64,000 nt of DNA from Octopus sinensis. Its lineage: Eukaryota. Position 1 is the stretch's first letter, and every line of letters starts with the position of its first letter. The DNA lies in assembly GCF_006345805.1 (NCBI RefSeq), contig NC_043006.1, positions 41,726,001 to 41,790,000 on the forward strand. The letters run 5' to 3'. Below the pieces are notes generated by a model. It did no database searches. It was not told the origin of the DNA and saw nothing but the letters and a program-made list of their open reading frames with translations. A program made the translations under genes and the position numbers. This document shows, piece after piece, positions 26,676 to 38,420 of the stretch.

Positions 26676-27068
26676 AGCTAGGCAATAACAATTGAATTAA
26701 ATTTAGTAAGCATAGTAAGTAGTAAATGAAATAAGCTAAAGTAATGTAATTATTAAAAGAAAAAATAGCTATTAGTATAAAATGTGTCAAGGACTTGAAC
26801 CCGAATTTGTGGCTTTGCATGTATGTGGGAATTTAAAAGATTGAAATAAAATAAAATAGAATAAAATAAAATAAGTTCAGAAGTGAAATGGTCCAGATGG
26901 CGCTGCGTGCATACCATTTACAATGGCTGCTGGGTCGAATTATATGCGTATAAAGTAGTATTCAGGATCGGAGAAAAATTTCTGTGTGTACCTAATGTCT
27001 CGGTTCTGAATATGGCCGGTATGTGATTGTGTATTTGTTTACTTTTACTATGTGTTGTATGTATAGGA

Positions 27069-27153
27069 CATCCTGATGAGGAAAGTGCTAATTTTAAGTA
27101 TATGATATGTCTAATAATATTAATTGGCGCTTCTCCGAAACGGCCCGTAGATG
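27069..27153 (+). ncRNA. Type I hammerhead ribozyme in the 3' pLTR
   Basis: Stem I catc/gatg, CTGATGA 27073-27079, 14-bp stem II (27080-27093/27122-27136, one bulge), GAAA 27137-27140, stem III acg/cgt with gcc loop, GUA cleavage triplet 27147-27149. Confidence 0.85.
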
Positions 27154-27543
27154 GACTTCTGTGTATCTTTGTAATGGACTTCTGTGTATCGTTGTAAACT
27201 TGTATAATTATTATCTTCTATGTACAGTTCGCTAGAATTTTAATTCGACTTTTAACATGCCTTGTATGTTTTATTTTTATTTATTATTATTATTATATTT
27301 ATTTCACTTATTGTAACAAATTTATACTAAATGTTTTAAGCGTAAATTCAAGGTGTTATATGCAAAATTTATATTTTTACATGATATATTTATATATTAC
27401 TAAATTTTTAAATTTTCAAATGTCGGGCTTTATAGATATAAATGAGTATATGAAGATTTGTATGTGTTTTGTCATTCTGTAGATTTTCTGATGTTCCTGT
27501 GGTTATTGCTCGCATTGCCTCCGCTCGGATAAAAAAGTGTATA
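27084..27543 (+). repeat. 3' pseudo-LTR of the Penelope-like element, ending in (TA)n
   Basis: Inverted homology to 24125-24571; includes a 23-bp tandem duplication atggacttctgtgtatc(t/g)ttgta. Confidence 0.9.
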
Positions 27544-27635
27544 TATATATATATGTATATCGACGCGTATACTTATATAGATACAGCTATCTAAATATCA
27601 ATCTCACTCTTTCTCTTTCCCTCTCTCACACACAC

Positions 27636-27690
<55 letters not shown>

Positions 27691-28379
27691 ATTTATATAT
27701 ATACCATGCCTCCAAAATTACACCATGTGGCATTGCATGGTTATATGCACGGTAATGCTTGATTACACTTATACATTTGACATATTGCATTGGAGGAGTC
27801 GTTAACGTATTAGAAAAAGCAGGTCGCGCCAATTCGTACCGCTACACCACGGTTATTGAAGCATATCTTTTGAATATCAATGGACTTATCAATCAAGCTT
27901 AGCTAAATTTCACAATATTGATGGATGGTTGATCAAAACGCCGCACCATTGCTAAATTGGAAAGGTTTCGTTTCATTGTAGTGTCTTGTTCGGTTTCAGT
28001 TATTGGTGTAGAATGTGGTATACTCGCTAACAGCGCGGGTTTACTTGCATATAACGTTGCCACGATGACTCTGTGAGAAACTGAAAATGTAGTACTAATA
28101 GTTATAATTATTTTCTGTGGCATAAATTTGTTTTCTGTTCACTTTATATGAAACTAGCACACACTAATCCACGTTTGTTTTCATTCCATCATGTATTTAC
28201 TCCCTGCTTCTCTTCAGCCACCCAACCACTCATGCCATTTCTCTCTACCTTCATCTGACAATTTCAGCACAACATTAAAAACGCCATCTACAACATAGTA
28301 TTAGAACTTTCCAAACTACAGATAGTCTTAAGAGAATTTCCTTTGTGTAGGTGTTCTACGATAGCAACCTTAATGGTTC

Positions 28380-29865
28380 ATTACATATGTGTTTATTTTA
28401 GCGTCCCCAAGGGAAATTAAGGAATTTACAAACTAATTTGAGTCAATCACCAGATATATTCGCAGTCCCGGCATCATATTTGTTGAGTTTTATGTAATTT
28501 AAATTCCACAACTTTGCACCGTAACCTGATTTGAACTTATTGTTTGCTCTTGTCCAAGCGAATCATAGAGAAAATCAAATTACTAAAGGAAATTGGAAAG
28601 ATTCTCTGACACAGTTATATAGCTTTAGATTATTGAAAAGTTGATGTATTTTCTTTTTTCCTTTCTCATATAGGTTTCACGTCCCAGCTAAATTTAATAT
28701 AGAAAGGCTGGACATTCATTTTATCAACAAGATACTACACATCTAAGACGAACTGCATAAATGCAAACAAATCCTTACCTATTTATGAAGCAGAGATAAT
28801 ATTTGTTGATTTATAAGAAGCCAGGAAATTAATTTCTAGAAGTTGAATATGTTTCTGAGGGAAATCGTTGGTAACTGAATATTTTATATTTCTACTAAAC
28901 AGAAATCTTAATCTAAACGTAGTATGTCGATTCATGTACACCACGACCAACGTCTTTAAATAATTCTAATTCCTTTATATCTTAAAACTCTTTCTGATGT
29001 TTGTTGCATAACTTAAGACTTTTGGTAATCGTTCATTAAGGCATTTTAGCCATTTTCATATCTAGATTTCGCTTTAGGGCTTAATAAAACGTAGGAATAC
29101 AAGTAATATGCCCTCATATTCAGTATCCTTTGGAATAATGATTGATGTATAAAGCAGCACTGACAACCTTAGTATCGATATATGAGAGATGATAGATGAA
29201 ATGCCTAGCATTATTTAGTTGCATAGCGTTACACTATGAGTTCCAATCTGTAGTAGAAAATGTGTTTCGCTAATTCAAGTTTTATCAAGTAAGCTCTTGG
29301 AAAGTATTGGCGTTTGTATAATCGACTGGTAAAAAGAAATTCTTTACTACTGGGGCACCATGTTGACGAGTTTTCATCGAACAAATCGCATATTAAGTGC
29401 ATATTTGAATTTCACAAACCGTTTCCTGACTTCTTATAAAACAACAAAGGATATTTTTATTTCATAGGAATTTGCTTCCTATTAAAGAGTTCGGCGACAT
29501 CATCTAAGGTGTATACAGTTCTGTTAGAGAAAGGAATGCCCAAACAATATAAACTTTAATTGGGCCAGTGAAACCTATACAAGAAAGAAAAAAAAAATTA
29601 TATTTTCAAAAACCTAAGCCTGTATAAGAGAGTCAGAGAATCTTTTCAATTTCCTTTACTAATTTAATATTCTCTATCACTCCCTTAGACAAGTGCAAAC
29701 AAGTTAAAGTCAGGTTACAGTGGAAACTACAAGAATTCAAGTAATAGAAAACTTCACAAATATATTTCAGAAACTTAATTACATCGGGTGAATGACTGAG
29801 CACATTCTCTGTTAAGTTATTTTAATTTCCCACTGGAACGTGAAGATATACATGTATGTAATAGG
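28380..29865. repeat. Old diverged inverted repeat, arms of at least ~470 bp, spacer ~540 bp
   Basis: Anchors 28411-28420/29822-29831, 28585-28610/29632-29657 (25/26) and 28810-28828/29422-29440 (18/19) all give a symmetry centre near 29121-29125. Confidence 0.85.
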
Positions 29866-30120
29866 ATCTGAGGTTTTCTATCAAACTACTGTGACACACA
29901 ACTTATTCCCTGCTAATTTAATTTAGCTTAATCACTATCTACAAGATTTCCAGGTGTTGTTAGCATATCATTGTCTGTGCGTATTTATATTATCGATATC
30001 GGTTTTAGTATATTGTAGCTCATTTAACTAGGCAGGTATTTCACAGAGCAGGTGTGTGTTTATGACTACGTGACGCAAATATAAACAACAATTTATGCAT
30101 TTATTTACATAGAATAATCA

Positions 30121-30176
<56 letters not shown>

Positions 30177-30777
30177 AAATAAAAGAAAAGGAAAATAAAG
30201 AAAACTTCTGACAATGTAGAAAGTTTTAAGATAAGGTCTTTATATTCTGGGTGCAAAGGCTTATCTTCAGTAAAAGGCAACCAAAGAAATGTGTAGTTAC
30301 ATCAATTTCGTTATTTCATTTTACACTGCTCGGCATTTGGATTACCAGTAGCAGCAGCAGCAGCATCTCGCCACGACCAAAAGTTGAAGTCTAGTGGTAT
30401 CTAGTGCCATCAACCAAATACGTCGGTGATTCATTTAGGACCACGAAAACATCATGTACTCTCTTGCACAGAAGTCGAGCATTACTCACATGAGGAGTCG
30501 TGTCTAAGAGCTGATATCGTGTGTAGAATGAACCTTGCTATCTGCTAGTTACCACGGGAATTAGCAGATAGCCATCTTTCTTTGGCCGAGAAGGTCAGGC
30601 AATTTTTTACTGTCTGGTGGCTATGTTAAAAATGTTTATCGACGAGACTGAAAAAATCTGAAGAAAAACGCTTTTGTGTTTGCGAAATACTCACTGATTT
30701 TTTTTTTATCAATTTCCACTTGAAAACAATCATGAGGTGGGTGAGGGCCGAGCCACTCTCTAGAAAATTTGGAAAAA

Positions 30778-31209
30778 GTTGGACTGGTTTTTAGTCTCTA
30801 CATTCGAGTTACCTCTATTTCCAGGTCTTTGTATTTTGAAAGTTTCTCCGTTTCTTTTAGAGAAACATTGTCATCTGTTGGTATTGAAACATCGATTAGA
30901 AAATACTTTTTCCTTGGTGGTCTCTGACAACTATATCCGACCTATTGACCTTAATTTCCCTATCAGTGTGTATTGGCATATCCCAGATTATGGTTGCTTT
31001 CTCATTTTCTATGCCCTTTTCTGGCCTGTGCCTATACCATCTATTTTCTGTTGTTATTCCATACTTTTCGCATAGCTTCCAATATATATAGGTCCTAAAT
31101 CTGCCGTGTGTGTGAATATATTCCTTCTCAGCCAGGATTGCGCAGCCAGAGACAATATAATTTATTGTTTCTTCTCCATCTCCACATATTCTGCAGTCAT
31201 TTGTATTTC

Positions 31210-31210
<1 letters not shown>
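30778..31210 (-). mobile_element. R4/Dong-clade non-LTR retrotransposon fragment (zinc knuckle + restriction-like endonuclease)
   Basis: CRICGDGEETINYIVSGCAILAEKEY..H...IYWKLCEKYG...WYRHRPE..ENE..IIWDMPIHTDREIKVNRSDIVV / FLIDVSIPTDDNVSLKETEKLSKYKDLEIEVTRM*; abuts a (TAA)n tract. Confidence 0.88.
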
Positions 31211-31284
<74 letters not shown>

Positions 31285-33189
31285 CATTGTTATTATTATT
31301 ATTATTATTAAAGTCCTTATATTGACAGAATTGTTAAAGCTACTGATACAATACTTCCGGTATTTCTTCAGAATCTTTACTTCTTTTATTTAAATCCAAC
31401 CGAGGTGAAATTTCTGTTTTATCCAATCCTTTCGGATTTGATAAAATAAATATTAGTTACCTCACGAGGTTGTCGTAGTCTTGGCCTTGTGTCTGAATTT
31501 CTAAACGACTATTATTTTTATTATATCATTTACATTTATACAACCATCACAATCATCTTCATATGTATTATAACATCATTATCAGCACTATCTTTTCAAG
31601 TGGCAGTGCTATCGTTATCAATAATAGTAACAAGAATAATTATTATGATGGTGATGATGATGATGATGATAATTTGTCATTGTTGCCATAGGGTTGGTCT
31701 TTTGATGTTGTGAGATGACTATTTTAATGCAGTATTAAAACAAAGTAAAAATCACTGACGAACTGCAGTCTGGAGACAAATTAATCATTCTACCGGTATC
31801 TGTTCCCTGAGATTTCTTTTCAGAATATTCATGTGTACAATCTGAAAATATATGTATAAAAAAAATCAATCATTTATTGATTACAGTGTGAGGATGTGGG
31901 AAAAAGATGCTGGAAAAATATAAAACATAAAACATACTTTGCAGTAGATTGTGTAGTGTTGCTACTGTTGTTGCTGTTTTATAGATTTTAAAACAAAAAA
32001 GTTAAAATTTAAATTAGGTTGGAGCCAAATCTGCCAGTAATATTTGGATTATAAATCAAACGGAAGATATCTGTGATGGTTTAGTTTATGATGGAATTTT
32101 TACAGTGACAGTTGAGGGTAGGGGCGATTATTTCGTTGGTTGGCTGCTGTCAAACTATAATGGACAACGTTTGAAAAACGATATTCAATTAAATAATCAT
32201 TTGTTTTTAACTAGAAACGCAGACTTAATTTCATAAAGATGAGACACAATATTCTACTGAATCGACGGCAATGTATTATTGGTAATGTTTTCGATTATCA
32301 TGGAAACGTAAATGTCAATGCTAATGTTCTTTTGCTGATTTCCTGTTTTATTGCTGCTTAGTTCAATGTCTTTACTCATGCAGGGACATAAAACTATGTA
32401 TACATCAGGGACACAGTACTAATGTGTAACATGCAAATACTTCTCTAAACAGAATTAGTTACATAATTAAAACAGTTGTATTAGGATCAAAACTAAGTAT
32501 TCTACGTTTGTTTCTTGATAATTTAATCTTTACATTTTAGTGTTCTATTAAATGTAGTTGTTCGGTTATAATCTTGAGTAAATCAGTAGTTACAGGTTTC
32601 AATACCTGAAAGTTTGACAGCTTAAATAGAACTCAGCATATTTGAAACTGAACGCATGAAAGGAGCGATAATAAACCTCCAAATAACTAGGGTAGTATAC
32701 ATTCATGTGAAATCCACCATACATTTTGAAATTTAATTGAATAAAACGATAAATACAAACTGAAATCTTGGACAAAGTATATTTGGGCTAAGCTGAAAAT
32801 AATTACTTTAATTAAAAAATATATCTAATCAGTGCCATAATAATGAGTTATGAAAAATTTGCAAATTAATGATTTGTGTTGTCCGATATAATAGACCTAC
32901 ATCCGCGTAACAGATTCTACTGCGGCTTTTATGAAATTCTAATGAGGAAAGGTCATTAAGAATAATTTTTTTCAACAGATAGTTTAAAGGTTATAGACAA
33001 AGAGACCTAAATTTGAGACAGAAATAGAATTTGTGAATTTGTGACCTACCAGCCTGTGGTTTGCGGTTTAAAATGCTATATTTAGTCACAAACATTCGTA
33101 TTATCTAAGTCAATAAGATATGGGTTAATAGCCATAGTAATATGACCACAAGCTAAAATATACAAGAATTTATATTTATACACACATAT

Positions 33190-33416
33190 ATGTGTGTGTG
33201 TGTGTGTATGTATGTAAGTATGTATATATGTATGTATGCATATATGTATGCATATATATGTATGTATGTATATATGTATGCATATATATGTATGTATGTA
33301 TATATGTATGCATATATATGTATGTGTACATATATGTATGTGTACATACATGTATGTGTACATACATGTATGTGTACATACATGTATGTATATATACATG
33401 TATGTATATATACATG

Positions 33417-33450
<34 letters not shown>
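33190..33450. repeat. TA/TG compound micro/minisatellite
   Basis: Directly visible. Confidence 0.9.
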
Positions 33451-33453
<3 letters not shown>

Positions 33454-34008
33454 GTGTGTGAGAAGTTGTTTGAAATTTATAGTAATAATGATTATTTCGT
33501 GGTTTTATCTCTAAATAGCTATCGCCTTTTGTCTACAAATCTGTTTTAAGGACAACAGGAAGAATTAAACTATTTTAAATAATGGCTGTGAACCATGGAA
33601 TCAATCGTAATACTATGGGTGAGAACTACGCACAGATAATTTCAGTTCCCGAAAGTAGATAATTATACAACTAAATGTTTAAATATTCCAGTTAATTGTG
33701 ATTTGTCTTTCAAGTAACCCAAGTCATGTCCATATGTATTACGTTTCCTGTACACGAAAAACTGGGACGGAACACTAGGTTTTGTAGTTTTATGATGATC
33801 TTATTGATAATGCTCACGTATCCAACTGTGATAACAACGGTGATAGTGATGCTATTGATGATGATAATAAAGGTGATGACGGTGATGCTGATGATACTAA
33901 TAACTGTAGTACATTAGTAAATATCAAACCCAAAAGGATGAAAGGCGAAGCTGACCCGGATGGGATTTAACTTCAGAAAGTAAAGAGATGGGACAAATAA
34001 CAAAATAT

Positions 34009-34228
34009 AATTTCAATTCCTTGGATGACGTAAAAAGATACCTTGATGAATTCTTTTCCATGAAACCACCTCAATTCTGGGAAGAGGGTATTTTCAAGTA
34101 AAAGGAAAGATAGAGACGCATTGTGCAACAAGATGGTTCGTATTTGGTTGATTAAAAATGTAATGGCAAGTATTTATTGACCTTTGTCTTTCCTTTAAAA
34201 ATCGGCACGAACTTTTCGGACAAGCCAA
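34009..34228 (+). mobile_element. Mariner transposase C-terminal remnant plus right TIR
   Basis: NFNSLDDVKRYLDEFFSMKPPQFWEEGIFK*KER*RRIVQQDGSYLVD*; TIR-like aaaatcggcacgaacttttcggacaagccaa followed by TA. Confidence 0.85.
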
Positions 34229-34239
34229 TATTATAAGCA

Positions 34240-34670
34240 AAAAGCATGAAATTTTGGTGGAGGTGGATACTCACTTAAATTGACCGCAGTATGTAACCGG
34301 CGCTTATTTTATCCACCGCGGAAGGCTGAAAGGCGGAGTCGGCTTCGGCGGAATTTGAACTCAGAACGTAAAGACGTACGAAACACCGCTGAGAATTTTG
34401 TTCAGCGTCCTAACGATTCTGTCAGCTCACCATATTGCTACAAATGGTAATAATGGTTTTACATTTTGGTACAAGTCCAGAAAATGCGTGGGAAGGAGTA
34501 ATTCGATTGCATCAACCCCAGTGTATAACTGGTACTTATTTTATCGACCCAGAAAGGATGAGAGGCAAAGTCGACCTCAGAGGTATTTGAACTCAGGAGG
34601 GTAACATCGATGAAATGCTTCTAATCGTATTGCCCAGCGTTCTTACAGTCCTGTCAACTCATCGCCTTAA
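34240..34670 (-). mobile_element. Two tandem diverged SINE family B copies
   Basis: Core motif at ~34300-34370 and ~34530-34595. Confidence 0.8.
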
Positions 34671-35367
34671 TAATATCAATAATAATAATAATAATAATAA
34701 TAATATCTGAAAGCAATTTGACCAAATTATTATTTAACACTGTACATTATCAATATAATTCACGCGAGAAATTCGCTTAGTGCTTCCGTGACTTATGATT
34801 GTAGCAAATGCAATAAATCAAACATTAGAAAACTTGTGAAAATCTCGTCCGTTTCTAACAGCTCCGTTCCAAAGACGCAAATGATTTATAAAATAAATGT
34901 GACGGTACCGAGGGAGAATAATGGGTGATGTCCGAACTAGGCAGTTATAAAGATTTATATGAAAGCAAAGCACTGAGTGTGTGAGTGAAAAGTTGGCGTG
35001 AATCAAATAGGCAAGTTGTTAGGAATTACTAACCTATATAATAAATTGAATCTCCTTAGGCATTTCATAACTGGTTTCTTCACACGAAGTAGCGAACGGT
35101 AATTTTCAACTGAGAAGATATTCGGAGGAGATAAAAAAAACAAACAAACAGAGAAAAGGCAAAAACGGGCGGCTATGTTCAAAATATAAGTTTGAATGGA
35201 TATTTGGGAAATACACGTCATATTAAAACAGGAATGGATTATTGAAATCGAGAAAAGGGATTATTTTTACTGCTTTACTGATACTGTTTTTCAACTGATT
35301 TAATCAACCATGCTAATGTGGATACCCAATATCTAGACTGTGCAGAAATTCTACGAATATTTCAGGT

Positions 35368-35432
<65 letters not shown>

Positions 35433-35839
35433 ATATATGTATATATACATTTGTCTTTCTCTCTTTCATTTCACTGTACTTCCTTTATTTTATGTTTTTC
35501 TTTCTTTATTATATATTTCTTAACTCTCTAAAGATTTCAATATCACAGGGAAAGTGTAAGTTAAATGTTGAGAGGACAAGGGTACTAACGGTGAGATTTA
35601 AATGAATTCCAACCAAATAAGAAATACGAAAAGCAGTATTAAATAAGCAGTTAGACTGCATTTTGCTTTAGAACTAATTTCAGGCTCCATCTATGAATTA
35701 TTTATGTTACTGAATACCAAGAAGAACTACTGGTTTGCTGATTTCGGTAACCAATTGACCAGTATTATTAGTAATAATGATTCCTGTATTGGGAACATAG
35801 CCTCTGATTTGGGAAGATGTTGTCATTAATATATACCGC

Positions 35840-36040
35840 AAGAATAGTCTGCAAATTCGAGGAACGTGATTAGTCGACTGCATTGACCCCCACTGTTCAG
35901 TTGGAATTTAATTTATTGACACCCCCCAAAGGATCGAAAGCAATGTCGGCCTCAGCGGAATTTGAATCCAGGACTTAACGGACGAAATGTCGCTAAGAAT
36001 TGTGTCCAGCACGCTAACGATTCTGCCAGTTCGTCACATC
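35840..36040 (-). mobile_element. SINE family B, diverged
   Basis: ggatcgaaagcaatgtcggcctcagcggaatttgaatcc...acgattctgccag. Confidence 0.8.
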
Positions 36041-36450
36041 AATAATAATAAGAAGAAGAAGGAGAAGGAGAAGGGTAATGGTAATGATGATAATAATAAT
36101 GATAGTGGTGATTAATTACATAGGACAATGCTTTGGTCTTTTAGAGGAAGCTTAAAATGGTTATATCGACCGGATAGATATCTGAGAGCAATTTTAGTCA
36201 ACGTTGTGTGACACAAGAAACAATGAAACGTTCATATTGGATTTGGAAAGATGCGTGGACTGTAACAAACAAGTATTATTAAAACGAGGGGGGCGATAAA
36301 TATACTATACATCATTACAGGGTGTGGATAAGGTTTATGGAAAACATTTAAATAATTACACACACACTATGTTTTCAACTTACTGATATACATGCATACA
36401 TACGTACAATTATACACACATAAACATAAATGACCATGCATATAAGTTTA

Positions 36451-36500
<50 letters not shown>

Positions 36501-36543
36501 CATATATATATATACATGCATATATATATATACATATATACAT

Positions 36544-36585
<42 letters not shown>

Positions 36586-36788
36586 ATGTATATATATATA
36601 TATATATATATATAATAAATATTAGGAAATAAATCCAAAATTACAGGGAAAAAATCAGATTTAGGAATAAATCGATTTTATAGTAAAATATTATAAAATA
36701 TTATTCGAGACAAAACCACTATTTTGCAAAACAAACAAGGAAAGACTTAATCAATACATAAAATTTTAGTAAATAGTCAAAAAAACCG

Positions 36789-36831
36789 CCACTACAATCG
36801 TTTCTTGTCTTGATCGACAATCTTCAGGTGG
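36789..36831 (-). ncRNA. Minimal type I hammerhead ribozyme motif (mirror copy)
   Basis: Exact revcomp of 36891-36933. Confidence 0.8.
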
Positions 36832-36890
36832 ACTTCCAATAATTCAGTGTCAAATTATGAAGTAATAATTGACACTGAATTATTGGAAGT

Positions 36891-36933
36891 CCACCTGAAG
36901 ATTGTCGATCAAGACAAGAAACGATTGTAGTGG
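36891..36933 (+). ncRNA. Minimal type I hammerhead ribozyme motif
   Basis: ccac CTGAAGA ttgtc-gatcaa-gacaa GAAAC gatt GTA gtgg: stem I 4 bp, stem II 5 bp, stem III 2 bp. Confidence 0.8.
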
Positions 36934-37017
36934 CGGTTTTTTTGACTATTACTAAAATTTTATGTATTGATTAAGTCTTTCCTTGTTTGTTTTGCAAAAT
37001 AGTGGTTTTGTCTCGAA

Positions 37018-37062
<45 letters not shown>

Positions 37063-37879
37063 TCACTTCCCGAGCGTTAAACTAATATATCTGTTTGTTG
37101 TTTATACACCCGTCTTCGTCTTTTCACTATATATGATGAAGTCTCCTGCCGTTAGAGGCTTCGAGAGTTTGTTACCGAACAACCACACATATGATTTGTT
37201 TAAAATGATCAAATGATTGTGTAGACATAAGCTCACTCCCTCGACATTACCTGTACAGGTGCAACGGAGTGCCGCATGTCAGATGCCGAAGTGATCTCAG
37301 AGCAACATTAAATGAAGTCTCTACGGCATTTCTGTAATTCTTTATATTTTTGTAGTATTATATAATAATATGCAGCCCTTAATCTTCCGAAAGTACTTTC
37401 TGGTTTATGATCGTGTGGAGATTCAATAGCCATGTAACACTTCTTAAGGACTGTTGGAAACATCAATTACCTAACTTTTTCATGATCCTTTCGTTTCGTT
37501 CCGTCATTTCCATTTAACTTTTAGAATTACACAACATCCTTTGGAGATTTAGCGTTTTTATGGGGTCATAAGTACTTGTATGAGACTCACACAAACCAAT
37601 ATTATTAACAATTCCTTCGGCACTATGCACCTGCTTATATTGTGCCTGTAAAATTATTTCCATGTAGAGCATCTAACATACCTGATTTTGTATCGTTTTC
37701 AGATTCATCACTTTGCTGTTTTCGTAATCTTCACCCTAGTCACTCTGTACTTTACAAAGATTTCTTGTGATAACAATTCAGAATTTTCTCAGAGAATTAC
37801 CCATGTTAGCGTAGACAAGCAGGATCCCACTTTCTATTATTTTAGGGCTTATGACATAACGTATACATAAATAATACTT

Positions 37880-38420
37880 TATTTGTAACTCATTTTTCCC
37901 GTGGATTTTGTACTCCGATCCCATTTTACTCTCAATCAATATCTCGTATAGAAAGCTCTCATATATTTCATGTTTGTTGCATCAAACCTTCAGCTGGTAT
38001 TGCTAAGGGTTGTGAAATCTCCTTTCTAGAGAGCTGAGAAGGTCACACCTAAACAGAGTGCCTTTCCAATTCCTGGCGAAGTGGACTTCTCGGAAAAGAG
38101 GCTTCATATGTTGGGAGAAAAGCTTCCTCTTACACATTTTAATGCATTTTGAATCATACTTTCGATTCTTATTTTTCTTTGTTACCACCCGTGTAAGTTT
38201 TCTCAGCCCACTCAATCTCCATCTGGTCCCATCCTAACAGGTGAACGATGTTGTGATACTGTGAGGTGGACGTTCAGTTTTTTTTTCCTTTCCCAGAGTT
38301 GTTATTGCTGCTGACTTCCAGTTTAAAATTCATGATACTTTTTCTGCATTGATGTCACTGCTTGTTGTGGCTGAATAATTATTTAGTTGATTAGGATGAA
38401 GAAACTCATAATTTCAAAAT
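37880..38420 (-). mobile_element. Possible very old hAT (Charlie/Buster-like) transposase N-terminal fossil
   Basis: KKNKNRKYD...C..LFSQHMKP resembles the RKYD...C..LSN.SMKP pattern; weak, by eye only. Confidence 0.25.

Larger units (their letters stand above)
36697..37024. repeat. Near-perfect 328-bp palindrome (~160-bp arms, ~6-nt loop)
   Basis: Arms differ only by two 1-nt indels in A runs; centre gtgtcaaattat-gaagta-ataattgacac. Confidence 0.97.

Noticed and set aside
26220-27060. Possible selenoprotein-type Naiad (UGA-Sec plus SECIS)
   Set aside because: Conserved Cys positions are TGT/TGC, and the atga...stem candidate near 26726 lacks the 3' GA of the SECIS quartet
27760-28123. Minus-strand open stretch (MPQKIIIT...)
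   Set aside because: No recognisable domain, interrupted by stops, no splice support
30655-30705. ctgaaga...gaaa hammerhead-like string
   Set aside because: The hairpin is out of register with the core; no stem I or valid cleavage triplet
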